The position numbers were made by a program, and so were the translations under genes. Under the pieces are notes generated by a model, which did not search any database, was not told where the DNA came from, and worked only from the letters and a program-made list of their open reading frames with translations. From assembly GCA_030750765.1 (NCBI GenBank), contig JASMHM010000005.1, positions 14,256 through 78,255 on the forward strand: a DNA stretch of 64,000 nucleotides, given 5' to 3'. The DNA is from Candidatus Woesearchaeota archaeon. GTDB lineage: Archaea; Nanobdellota; Nanobdellia; Woesearchaeales; ARS49. This document shows positions 10,077 to 19,162 of this stretch, one piece after another (the stretch's first letter is position 1; the number at the start of each line of letters is the position of its first letter).

Positions 10077-10773
10077 GCTTCCACAGTACGTCGAAATAGC
10101 TTTTGTAGGCTTTGGCTGCTGCGGCGTTTTCGATGATGATGCCTTCTGGCTCGTCTGTCCAGATCACGATACCTATCTTGTTGCCATAAATGTTGGTGAC
10201 TGCAGGACTTTCCGTGACGCCCTCTAAGTGTCTGTACTCGGTGGTCTGGCCATCCAACTCTGTTCTACCTCTTCTGATGATTAGTTTGGTGCGCACATTG
10301 TTCTCTTTCTTCAATCTATCAAACTGTAGGGCGAACTCGGGCATTCTTTCTGAGAACTGTCCTTCGCTGCCGAACACGAAGTTGTCTTTGCCTGTTCTAG
10401 CAATATCTGTAAAGATACTTTTCACTCCTTTAATACCTTTGAACAACCGTACTTGGCCTTCGATTTTGGCTGCTTTGTGTCTTTTGTGTAATTCCGGAAG
10501 CACGCTCTTGATGTCTTCTTCTTGTTCTTTAAGATAGTCTAGTAATCGTTTGGGTCCTGCTGCTTGGAACCATTTTATTTGGCCGATGACCACATAACTT
10601 ACCAATCCTTTTTCTGTTAACGTCTTGAGCGCGTTGTAACAACTACTTCGGTCTATCTTCGCCAGCCGCGCTATTTTTCCGGCTTTGGTTGATCCGTGGT
10701 CGTTAAGCGTGAGATAGACTTTGATTTCGTTCGGGCTGAACCCGAGGTTTTCTAGTACTATTTCTACGTTCAT
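10045..10773 (-). CDS. TrmB-family transcriptional regulator (paralog 1 of 3)
   Basis: N-terminal wHTH (LENLGFSPNEIKVYLTL...AGKIARLAKIDRSSCYNALKTLTEKGLVSY) plus a TrmB-type C-terminal domain. Similar to the ORFs at 18331-19089 and 24234-24971. Confidence 0.7.
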   Translation of the reverse strand: MNVEIVLENLGFSPNEIKVYLTLNDHGSTKAGKIARLAKIDRSSCYNALKTLTEKGLVSYVVIGQIKWFQAAGPKRLLDYLKEQEEDIKSVLPELHKRHKAAKIEGQVRLFKGIKGVKSIFTDIARTGKDNFVFGSEGQFSERMPEFALQFDRLKKENNVRTKLIIRRGRTELDGQTTEYRHLEGVTESPAVTNIYGNKIGIVIWTDEPEGIIIENAAAAKAYKSYFDVLWKHAKKESPHKA

Positions 10774-11368
10774 AGACTCTGCAGGGTGCTGCCCCTATAT
10801 AATTGTTGTCCATTCCTCCACAGCGAGGGGTGAGTGGGCTTTCAAGTATTCTGTCCAGTACTAACTTTTGTCGCAGGTGTCTGCTCATCGCAGGTATTGG
10901 TATGGGGTTGTATCCTAGCTCGGTGTAGACCTCTCTGAGCGCTCTGTGAGTCTCTAGCTGTTCGTTTCGGTCTTCTCTTCGGACTGCGGTGTTCTCTAGC
11001 TCGGTTAGGGGATCAACTAAGAACACTCCTGCGTAGTTGCTTCTCTCAGCAGCTTCTGTGAGTTCTGAGGGTGGCGTTATTCCGCCTATCCTGCAGTAGG
11101 CTATCCCGTCTGGAACTCCTCTATCTTGGAGTACGAAGTGGGGGTTGTTTAGATGGTCGTTTTCCCATTCTAGCTGTAGTTCTAGCACTCTTTTTTGGAA
11201 GTCTAGAAGTCTTTTCCAGGGTAGAAGGTTTCCTTTTCTTTTGAGTTCCCCTTCGATGACGAAGGTGGCAACCTCGCCTATGGATCCCATTCCAGGTCCT
11301 GAGAGATCGTCCAACAACGTGCTCTTGCCGGTTCCTGGCCCACCTGTCAGTACATAGTGAGGTATCAT
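10703..11368 (-). CDS. P-loop NTPase (AAA_28 / NadR-C-like predicted ATPase)
   Basis: Walker A YVLTGGPGTGKST near the N-terminus; Walker B-like VFLVDP. The tail overlaps the TrmB start by 71 nt. Confidence 0.55.
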   Translation of the reverse strand: MIPHYVLTGGPGTGKSTLLDDLSGPGMGSIGEVATFVIEGELKRKGNLLPWKRLLDFQKRVLELQLEWENDHLNNPHFVLQDRGVPDGIAYCRIGGITPPSELTEAAERSNYAGVFLVDPLTELENTAVRREDRNEQLETHRALREVYTELGYNPIPIPAMSRHLRQKLVLDRILESPLTPRCGGMDNNYIGAAPCRVYERRNSTRKPRVQPERNQSLSHA

Positions 11369-11465
11369 CTCACTACTCCTAGTGAGTATGAAACTATATC
11401 AAATGGTGTTGTAGCACGTGCTACACCTAGCAATTAATTTATACTAGCGTTTAACCCAAGCGTGC

Positions 11466-11972
11466 ATGGTACTCACTCGTCCAGAACTCTTGAAGGCTAT
11501 CAAGAAAGGCCAGATCCGCATCACGCCTTTTGATAAGAACGCAGTAGGGCCGGGAAGCATCGATCTCACTCTGGACAAACACTTCAGAGTCTTCACCAAG
11601 AGCAAGAAACAATATGTGGCAGATGAAAAGGCCAACTATCATGATGTCACCAAAGCAAAGACAGCAGATCACATCATAATCAAGCCAGGAGAGATGGTGC
11701 TGGGCATCACCAAAGAGAAGGTGACGCTACAAACGGGTTTCAGCGGATGGTTGGAGGGCAGATCACGTTTCGCTAGACTGGGCTTACTCGTGCATATCTC
11801 TGCAAGTTTCATGCAGCCAGGTATTGACAACAAGCAAGTTCTGGAGATGGTCAACCTTGGGAAGGTTCCGTTGAAACTCAAACAAGGTACAAAAGTGTGT
11901 CAATTAATCGTCCAACCTGCAAAGGGTAGGGCAAAGTATGAAGGAAAGTTTTCTAGTCAGCAGAAGCCCTGA
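11466..11972 (+). CDS. dcd: dCTP deaminase (dUTPase superfamily)
   Basis: Conserved dCTP deaminase pattern (GPGSIDLTL...GEMVLGITKEKV...GWLEGRSRFARLGLLVH...QLIV). TATA-like aatttatact lies ~25 nt upstream. Confidence 0.8.
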   Translation: MVLTRPELLKAIKKGQIRITPFDKNAVGPGSIDLTLDKHFRVFTKSKKQYVADEKANYHDVTKAKTADHIIIKPGEMVLGITKEKVTLQTGFSGWLEGRSRFARLGLLVHISASFMQPGIDNKQVLEMVNLGKVPLKLKQGTKVCQLIVQPAKGRAKYEGKFSSQQKP

Positions 11973-13595
11973 TTAGTTATACAGGGTGTACAAGTGCTTT
12001 TTGAACTTATCCTTGGGTAGTTTTTTCTGCTTGATAAGCGCGGACAAGTGTAATGCGCCCATTAAGTGGGGGATGATGACGTGTTCTGCTCCTGCATTGT
12101 ATAACATCAGTGCATCTCGAGGTTGTTCGGCAGTAACGATGATCTTGGTTTTCTTGCTGCCATGACTCAACAAGAGTAGGCTTGCTTTTGGATCGGTGAC
12201 GGTAGAGACCACCATCTTGGCATGTTTGAGCGGTACGGCATCGATGACCTCTGCGTCAGACACGTCGCCAAGAATAACGGGAATCTTGTCTTTTTGCAAT
12301 TCTTTGACTGTAGACGGATTGTACTCCACCACGAGCATGCTCTTACGCTTTTTCTTGAGCTGGTTGATCACCACTCTTCCAATGCGGTTGGCTCCAAAGA
12401 TGATCACGTCATACTTGCTGTTGCGCTCTCTAAAGAAGCGTGTTTGCTTGGTCAGGCTCAAGTGCTCAAAGGGTTTCAAGAATCTCTCAAATCGTTTGTA
12501 GATGTCGTGGCTGTTGGAGATATAATACGTACTGACCATGAACGTGAGGCCTACCAACAAAGCGATTGCTGACAGCGCCTCAGTATTTACCAACCCGTTG
12601 TTGTAGGCTAGCGCCACGAGCAAAAGCCCAAACTCTCCTACCTGGGCGATGCTCAACCCTGTGACAAAACTAGTGTGAGCTTTGAAGCCTGCCATAACCA
12701 TGAACAAGAAGACGATGATGGGGTTGCCGATAAGTACGAAGGCGGCGAGGGCGAGCATGCTTAGCAAGGATCCTGTATGCAATACGATCTGCGAACCAAC
12801 GCTGATGAAGAACAAGGTTGCAAAAAAGTCTCGGAGAGCCTTCACCCTGCTACTGATCTCTACAGAGTAGGCAGTGGATGCAAGACTGATTCCTGCGAGA
12901 AATCCTCCTATAGCAATAGAGAACTCTAAACGTGCGGCACCTGCGCTGAGCAAGAAACACCAAGCAATGGCGAGCATGAAAATGGTTTCCTGGCTTTTTG
13001 CCTTGCTAAAGATGGGGCGAATGACGTACGTGCCGCCAATCATTCCTGTCGCCAACAGCAAGATTCCTTTCAATACTGCCATCAGAGGCGTTGAGGCGCT
13101 GCCCAGTACACCAAGAGCTAGCACGGCTATCACATCTTGCACTAGTAAGATTCCGAGTGCTATCCTGCTGTGAAGCGAGTGCAGCTCTCGTTTATCACTT
13201 AAGAGTTTGACGACAAGCACTGTGCTGCTCAACGTCAGGGCAAGACTAAGGTACAGGCTGCTTTCTGGTGAGTAGGCGAGCATACGTAAGAGGTAGTATC
13301 CCACTCCAAAGGTGAACGCGACCTGGGCAAGCCCTGCCACCAACGAGATCTTTCCTACCTCCTTCAGCTTTCGCATGTCTAGTTCTAGTCCTACCATGAA
13401 GAGCAAGAAAGCGATACCAATCTCTGACAGTATCGTGATGAGTTGTTGGTCTTGTAGCACGCCCAAAAAGGAGGGACCTAAAATGAGTCCAGCAAGGATG
13501 TAGCCAATGATGGGTGGTTGTTTCAAGCGATCAGCAAGCACGGCCAGGACAGCTGCAATCACTAATATGATGGTTAACTCGTTCAATACTGTCAT
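11973..13595 (-). CDS. Kef-type monovalent cation:proton antiporter (CPA2) with C-terminal TrkA-N/RCK domain
   Basis: About 12 TM helices followed by the Rossmann motif IIFGANRIGRVV...VEYN...ILGDVSD. Confidence 0.8.
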   Translation of the reverse strand: MTVLNELTIILVIAAVLAVLADRLKQPPIIGYILAGLILGPSFLGVLQDQQLITILSEIGIAFLLFMVGLELDMRKLKEVGKISLVAGLAQVAFTFGVGYYLLRMLAYSPESSLYLSLALTLSSTVLVVKLLSDKRELHSLHSRIALGILLVQDVIAVLALGVLGSASTPLMAVLKGILLLATGMIGGTYVIRPIFSKAKSQETIFMLAIAWCFLLSAGAARLEFSIAIGGFLAGISLASTAYSVEISSRVKALRDFFATLFFISVGSQIVLHTGSLLSMLALAAFVLIGNPIIVFLFMVMAGFKAHTSFVTGLSIAQVGEFGLLLVALAYNNGLVNTEALSAIALLVGLTFMVSTYYISNSHDIYKRFERFLKPFEHLSLTKQTRFFRERNSKYDVIIFGANRIGRVVINQLKKKRKSMLVVEYNPSTVKELQKDKIPVILGDVSDAEVIDAVPLKHAKMVVSTVTDPKASLLLLSHGSKKTKIIVTAEQPRDALMLYNAGAEHVIIPHLMGALHLSALIKQKKLPKDKFKKHLYTLYN

Positions 13596-14335
13596 GAGAA
13601 GCCTCCAGAGGGAAGCACTTGGTAGACTGCTTGCATATCAACACCCAATTCTTCTGCCACCCTTTTGGCGGTGTCTTCTTTATTCTTTATACCTAAAGAT
13701 AGTTCTACTATCTTTTTGGCGTTCTTTTGCATGGCTGCCACCGGGCCGCAAGTTACTTTGTCACGCACCACCCCAACAGCGCACTTCAACTCTACCTTCT
13801 GCGTTTCCCTGCTGCCGTCCACGTAGAAAGATCCCTTTTTCAGGCTCTCTCCGTGTGGTCCTGCTTTTTTGAGTTGGTGACCTTTCATGATATGGACCTC
13901 TGCAAAGGCCATCCCTAACTTCCACCCTCTGCTAAACACGCCTGTGGCGATGCTCGCTTCCTCGATGTTGGTCTTGGTGGCCTCACCTTTAATCACAAAG
14001 AATGGGGAGCCGGCAAACACGGTGTGGCAGACGGTCTCTTCGGCTTCCACGTGTGTTTTCACGATAGCATCATTACTCTCTGCGTTCCTTCCCCCAACAC
14101 AGAGCACACCATCGCTGCTGACAAACCAGTGAAAGCGATCATACCATTCAGCTTTTGTTCGCACTGTTTTTTTCTTAGGAATAGCCGTGGCTGCCTTGTT
14201 CTTGAGACGATCCATCGCAAGTATGGCCCGCTCTCGTTTCTTTCGTGCTCGTTTAGCACCCTCGTAATACCTTGCCGCGTTTACCTCTAGCGACTTGGTA
14301 AAGTCCAGCTTGATTTCCATCATGTCCACGAACAA
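13592..14335 (-). CDS. NFACT-R (DUF814) domain protein, short archaeal Rqc2/FbpA-like
   Basis: WYDRFHWFVSSDGVLCVGGRNAESNDAIVKTHVEAEETVCHTVFAGSPFFVIKG matches the NFACT-R core, preceded by a coiled-coil. Confidence 0.6.
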   Translation of the reverse strand: MFVDMMEIKLDFTKSLEVNAARYYEGAKRARKKRERAILAMDRLKNKAATAIPKKKTVRTKAEWYDRFHWFVSSDGVLCVGGRNAESNDAIVKTHVEAEETVCHTVFAGSPFFVIKGEATKTNIEEASIATGVFSRGWKLGMAFAEVHIMKGHQLKKAGPHGESLKKGSFYVDGSRETQKVELKCAVGVVRDKVTCGPVAAMQKNAKKIVELSLGIKNKEDTAKRVAEELGVDMQAVYQVLPSGGFS

Positions 14336-14811
14336 TCAAAGGTCTTGACAACCGTGTTCTTGTCTGCGCAGAACACGACATTGCCGTTCACTTCTATCTT
14401 GGGCGTGAACTTAACCTGTCGTGGTCTGCCAATGTCTGGATGGGAGAACGAGACTTGCTGCACTGCTGTAGGTTCCATGTCTTGCGAGATCGTGCTTTCT
14501 GCAGTATGGACGTTCCTTGTTCCTATCAGTTTTATCTGGACGTCCTTGACAGCTATGTCGGGACCGTTTTCTAGGATGGCTTGGAAGGTGCCATCTTGGT
14601 CACAAACTTGATTTATGCTGTCAATACTGTATGCATGCACCTCTACTGCATCGCACCCTGCACTCATTTTATGAGCTCCTTCAACAAAGTCAGCGCTATC
14701 TTCAATGTACTTTTCCCCCCATGCCATAACTACTGTACCGATAAGGAATGAGAATGCGATTAGGATGATCGTGGCAACAATAGGTGTGATCCCCTTTTTA
14801 GAGCCTAACAT
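14320..14811 (-). CDS. archaeal type IV pilin-like protein (class III signal peptide)
   Basis: MLGSKKGITPIVATIILIAFSFLIGTVV is a classic KG|ITP prepilin cleavage site plus hydrophobic stretch. An internal Met start was chosen. The cognate A24 peptidase is at 17448-18293. Confidence 0.55.
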   Translation of the reverse strand: MLGSKKGITPIVATIILIAFSFLIGTVVMAWGEKYIEDSADFVEGAHKMSAGCDAVEVHAYSIDSINQVCDQDGTFQAILENGPDIAVKDVQIKLIGTRNVHTAESTISQDMEPTAVQQVSFSHPDIGRPRQVKFTPKIEVNGNVVFCADKNTVVKTFDCSWT

Positions 14812-14873
14812 AGTGTCCTCTTTTGTTGTTTCCAACCATTCGTATTTATAAATCTTGAGGTTCTGCAAGAGAG

Positions 14874-15875
14874 ATGCTTACTGTGTTGTGCACTGACATG
14901 GGCGCTGCCCAAGCCTTGATTCCTGTAATTCGCAAGGTCAAGAACGTCCAAGTCTTGGCAGATAGTCGAGGGCAGGCCAAAATAGCACTCAAAAAGGCAG
15001 GCATTCCCTTCAAATCACTCACCAAAAAACAGGTCATCCCTCTGGGGGACGCACTCTTAACGTCTACCACGCCCATCCAGCGAGAAAAAGGAAAAATAGT
15101 GCATTATGGCAGGGAAGCCGAGGCATGGCATCTTGCCAAGCACAAAAAGATACCTAGCCTGGCAGTCATGGACAAGTACACCAAAACAGAGGTGTTTGAC
15201 CTCTTTACTGAAGTGGTTAGTGGCGGAAAAGTGTTCCCTGACAAGGTATGCCTGCCACACGACTTCGCACTCAAAGAAATGCTCAAACTAGGCTTTGCTC
15301 GAAAGCATCTTACTGTTACAGGCAATCCACACTTTGATAATGTTAAAAGAAAAGCAAAAAGAAAGTACAAGCAACGTATTATCCCGGTGTTCTTGAGCAG
15401 CCAACGTTACATGCTACAAGCAGGCATGGACAATCTTCCACTTCTCAAGGTAGTGGTAGACGCTGTTACTGATGCGGACGTCATCGTCAAACCCCATCCT
15501 AAGGATACTGCTGCTACCATCAAAAAATACCAAAAATGCGGAGCAATCATAGACAAAACGTCAGACACAGAAGAGCTTGTGTTGAGCATGCGAGAGGATG
15601 AGTTTTGCACAGGCAGTGCCTCTACGGTGCTAGAGTTTGCCACCTTTGCAAACAAGCTAGCAGTAAGCATACAACTGGGTGCAACCCAAGAAGACATGAT
15701 TACTAATGTGATGAACATAACCCCTCATGCGTACTCTGCCCACGCTGCAAAAACGCTAATCAAGCAAGCTCTGCATAATGCAACGTTTCGCAGCAAGTGG
15801 GGGCAGCGAAGAAAGAAGTTGAAGCAGAAGGATGCCACGAAGGCTGTGCTAAAGAAATTACGCAAAGGTATTTAG
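14874..15875 (+). CDS. hypothetical protein, possible GT-B-fold glycosyl/glycerophosphotransferase-like
   Basis: Weak two-Rossmann pattern (N-terminal MLTVLCTDMGAAQALIPV; C-terminal VIVKPHPKD...TGSASTVLEF). Confidence 0.3.
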   Translation: MLTVLCTDMGAAQALIPVIRKVKNVQVLADSRGQAKIALKKAGIPFKSLTKKQVIPLGDALLTSTTPIQREKGKIVHYGREAEAWHLAKHKKIPSLAVMDKYTKTEVFDLFTEVVSGGKVFPDKVCLPHDFALKEMLKLGFARKHLTVTGNPHFDNVKRKAKRKYKQRIIPVFLSSQRYMLQAGMDNLPLLKVVVDAVTDADVIVKPHPKDTAATIKKYQKCGAIIDKTSDTEELVLSMREDEFCTGSASTVLEFATFANKLAVSIQLGATQEDMITNVMNITPHAYSAHAAKTLIKQALHNATFRSKWGQRRKKLKQKDATKAVLKKLRKGI

Positions 15876-15898
15876 CTGTTCTTAGTTTCCTCCTTACT

Positions 15899-16273
15899 AT
15901 GTCAGTCATCCATGAGGGCCTCGAACAATTTCTGGTTACCTCAGGAGATACGGATGACATACCTGTGCAGATATCCATCACTCCATCTCCCGCAACAGCC
16001 CTGGCTGCAGCTCCAGGAAGGGCCGCCAAATTAAGTATAATTGTGGGTGACCTCACGGCCAAGGCCAAGCCTCTGAAGGCGTATTTTTCGGCAAACAAAG
16101 TAGAACAAGTGAAGCTACAATCTCCTCCTGTTCCGGGCGTGCATATGGTGAATCTGACGCTTTCCCAGATCAGAGAGTTGGACGCGCAACACACGAAGTA
16201 CAACATAGCAAGCATACTCTACGATGATCCCGCCCTCACCGCTCGCACGGCTCAAACAAGCATGACAGTCTAA
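15899..16273 (+). CDS. hypothetical protein
   Basis: ORF with internal ATG after the stop of the upstream gene; no motif recognised. Confidence 0.2.
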   Translation: MSVIHEGLEQFLVTSGDTDDIPVQISITPSPATALAAAPGRAAKLSIIVGDLTAKAKPLKAYFSANKVEQVKLQSPPVPGVHMVNLTLSQIRELDAQHTKYNIASILYDDPALTARTAQTSMTV

Positions 16274-16312
16274 GCCTAAACACTTAAATACGTCGAGACA
16301 CACATTCTACGA

Positions 16313-16837
16313 ATGGCCGAGGAAGGACAAGACTGCATTTTTTGTCAGATAGCTAACGGTCAAGTGCCAGCAAAGAAAGTGTATGAAGACGCAAGCTTCA
16401 TGGCGGTCTTAGACATCAATCCTGCCAATCCTGGCCATGTACTCATCCTACCCAAGGCACACGCGAGTGTCTACCCACAACTGAGCGAAGGAGACTCTTC
16501 AGGTGTAGGTATCCTGTGCAAAAAGATATCCTTAGCCATGATCCAAGGATTAGGTGTGCAAGGCACCACAATCTTTGTGGCAAACGGTGGTGTTGCAGGA
16601 CAACGAGCACCACACTTAATCGTCCACGTCATCCCACGCATGCAAGATGACAAACTCTTCCAACCGCACCCTGTAACGCCGGTGGATGGTATGCCAGACG
16701 CTCCTGATGAAGGCAAAGATGACAAGGACGACAAAGACGATGACGAGGGTGAAAAGAAGGATACGCCTCCAGACAAGCAAGCAGCCCCACCAAAAGACGT
16801 AGATCTGGATGCGATCACGGCGGTGTTGGATGGTTGA
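16313..16837 (+). CDS. HIT-family (histidine triad-like) hydrolase with acidic DDKDD tail
   Basis: CIFCQI...ANPGHVLILPK...APHLIVHVIPR is the HIT fold with zinc-binding CxxC and a histidine motif variant. Confidence 0.75.
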   Translation: MAEEGQDCIFCQIANGQVPAKKVYEDASFMAVLDINPANPGHVLILPKAHASVYPQLSEGDSSGVGILCKKISLAMIQGLGVQGTTIFVANGGVAGQRAPHLIVHVIPRMQDDKLFQPHPVTPVDGMPDAPDEGKDDKDDKDDDEGEKKDTPPDKQAAPPKDVDLDAITAVLDG

Positions 16838-17318
16838 CTGTCCGGTATGCCTCACCAAGAAAGAGGACGAAGACAAGCTCATCGCCACCATCAAGACAGA
16901 AGATGGAATGGTGGTTGTGCCTAAAGAACACGTTGCTATCTTAGAACAGACTCCTGATGAGGTGGTGGGGGCTATGTTCGCCAAAGCAAACATAGTATTG
17001 CTGCAAATGTTCGAAAAGGGATTACAAGGTGCTAACTTAATCTTAAACAACGGGGTTACTGCTGGCCAAACCCTTCCACACGTTGCCTTACAACTCGTGG
17101 AAAGGAGCGAGAACGATGGGTTATTCCCGCTATGGCAGCCAAAGCAACTGCCAGAGGATGCCATGAACCAGATCCAGGAAAAGATGACGGAAGCCATCCA
17201 GGCAGTGGATAGCGGTCCTGTAGAAGAAAAGCCAAAGGTAGAAAGTAAACCAAAGAGTAAGGATGAAGAAAAAAAGGAGAATGCGTTTATGCGCCGCGTT
17301 TTCCGCCGTGTTCCCTAG
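16830..17318 (+). CDS. HIT-like paralog with degenerate histidine motif
   Basis: Tandem to the previous gene with an 8-nt overlap. CPVCL...VVPKEHV...LPHVALQLV shows only one His in the triad position. Ends in TAG. Confidence 0.5.
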   Translation: MVDCPVCLTKKEDEDKLIATIKTEDGMVVVPKEHVAILEQTPDEVVGAMFAKANIVLLQMFEKGLQGANLILNNGVTAGQTLPHVALQLVERSENDGLFPLWQPKQLPEDAMNQIQEKMTEAIQAVDSGPVEEKPKVESKPKSKDEEKKENAFMRRVFRRVP

Positions 17319-17447
17319 CCATCTCGGCGTGTAATTCTGTGAGTACTAGTTTTGCAATGATGACTACTGTAACAATACCTGCCATGATGATAAAATCACG
17401 AACATCCATTCACTCAGTCGAGGTCTAACGATATATAAGCGTTTCCC

Positions 17448-18293
17448 TCACAAGAGAAGGTGCAGCACAAAGGTGAGTAGAGAACCGTGCCATAAGGTAA
17501 CAACAAAGGCAATCAAAAAGCTAGGGATGAAAGGGATGCCTGTCTTAACCAAAACATTACCTACTTTTCCCTTATCGTGCAGTTCTTGCACTTTATTGAT
17601 CTCTGCAGCACTCAGGCCAGTGGATTCCTTGCTCACTATCGTTTTTCCTTCTGCCTTGATATCCTCACCAATCCAGTCACCCAACGTGAGCTTGTCTGGC
17701 TTGGCATAGTATTGCAGGCAAGAAAGTTGTACGGCATGAGAAAAGGGTAGCAAGTAGAACAGTATGGGGAAGAGCACTGCGATGGCTAGCATGGGCCAGT
17801 AGGGCATCATCGCAAACAGCACCAAAGTTACCAAAACGCCTGCGGCGCTTGCGTACCTTACCCAGCTAAACAGGTTCATGCTTGCAGTAAACTGTTTCCT
17901 GAACGCGTGATGGTGTCGGATAGCCAAACACACCAGCCATACGATGCTGTACGCTGCCCCGCACAGGAGCAGATTCATCAAGAACGCCAACCAAATGCCG
18001 TCCAAAGAGAGTTGGAGACCGATAAAGCTCCCCGTGACTGTGAGGATGCCTACGTCTCCTCCACCCCATTGTCTTGTGTAGAACAATGCGGCACCTATGG
18101 CAAAAAACACCAAACAGCCCATCAGTCGAGAGATGATCGGGATCCAGTTTTCAGTGTACGCTCCTGCAAGTGCTGCAAGCCCTAATCCTGCAAAGACGCT
18201 AGCATAGCACAGCCAGTCCGAAACCTCTCTGGTTTGGAGGTCGGTCACGCTAGCGATGGTTAAAATAGCCAATAGTACGATCCAATCAAGCAT
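17448..18293 (-). CDS. A24-family prepilin/preflagellin peptidase (PibD/FlaK-like)
   Basis: Polytopic membrane protein with both catalytic Asp contexts (VTDLQTREV and GGGDVGIL). Confidence 0.65.
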   Translation of the reverse strand: MLDWIVLLAILTIASVTDLQTREVSDWLCYASVFAGLGLAALAGAYTENWIPIISRLMGCLVFFAIGAALFYTRQWGGGDVGILTVTGSFIGLQLSLDGIWLAFLMNLLLCGAAYSIVWLVCLAIRHHHAFRKQFTASMNLFSWVRYASAAGVLVTLVLFAMMPYWPMLAIAVLFPILFYLLPFSHAVQLSCLQYYAKPDKLTLGDWIGEDIKAEGKTIVSKESTGLSAAEINKVQELHDKGKVGNVLVKTGIPFIPSFLIAFVVTLWHGSLLTFVLHLLL

Positions 18294-18330
18294 GGAAAAC
18301 GTGGAGACGCTTAGTTTAAAGCTCTTTTGG

Positions 18331-19089
18331 TTAGAGTTTTGCTTGTTTGTACAATTCGTAGAAGAATTGGCGAAACTGTTCAGTGATGGTATGGGAGGTA
18401 ATCACGATAGTTGTGGGCTTGTCCTCCCAGTTCACGATCACTAGCTTGTTTCCTACGAGGACGATTCCTTGCGGGAAGGTAAAGTTGGTGAAGCGAAGTT
18501 TGATGCGTTTTGCAATGTCTGTTCCGTATCGAAACATTATGTGGCGTGCGCTTTCGTGACATAACACTCTAATCTTCAGCCCCTTTTCTACCCTGCGCCA
18601 GGTAAGATTGGCATAAAATCGGTGAATGTCTGGATCTTCATGCTCTTTACCAAAACTAAAGCTCAAGTATTCCTCGCCTTTCTTTGCCTGTCTTACCAGA
18701 TTATAGATGGAGTTGAAAACCGCTTGTTTACCTTCGTACAACTCCACGTTTTGCTTGTCCTCCGCCTGCTTGCGTTTTTCCTGCAACAGGGGAAGGATTT
18801 CCATGAACTGTGCCTTTCGCTCATCATAATAGTGTACGATCTTTTCTGGCTCTGCAGCCTGGAAGTGTTTGGTGTGCTTGATGGTGACATAACTTACCAA
18901 TGATTTTTCTATCAATCGGTCTAAGACTTCATAAATCTTGGAGCTAGGGATGTCTGTTTTCTTGACTATGCTTCCAATTGTTGAGGTGCCAAGTTCTAGC
19001 AGTGCTAGGTACGCTTTGGCCTCACGTTTGGACAGGCCGAGTTGCTCTAGGGTAGAGGTGTCCATAGTCGTGTGAAGGGTGGGGCGCAT
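18331..19089 (-). CDS. TrmB-family transcriptional regulator (paralog 2)
   Basis: LEQLGLSKREAKAYLALLELG...IVKKTDIPSSKIYEVLDRLIEKSLVSY wHTH plus a TrmB C-domain. Divergent from the binding-protein gene at 19163. Confidence 0.7.
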   Translation of the reverse strand: MRPTLHTTMDTSTLEQLGLSKREAKAYLALLELGTSTIGSIVKKTDIPSSKIYEVLDRLIEKSLVSYVTIKHTKHFQAAEPEKIVHYYDERKAQFMEILPLLQEKRKQAEDKQNVELYEGKQAVFNSIYNLVRQAKKGEEYLSFSFGKEHEDPDIHRFYANLTWRRVEKGLKIRVLCHESARHIMFRYGTDIAKRIKLRFTNFTFPQGIVLVGNKLVIVNWEDKPTTIVITSHTITEQFRQFFYELYKQAKL

Positions 19090-19162
19090 TTAAACTTTGC
19101 TGTTTAACCACTCCCTTTGGGGGTAGAATCTATTTACATAGTGGGTTTACCTTATCTAGTGT

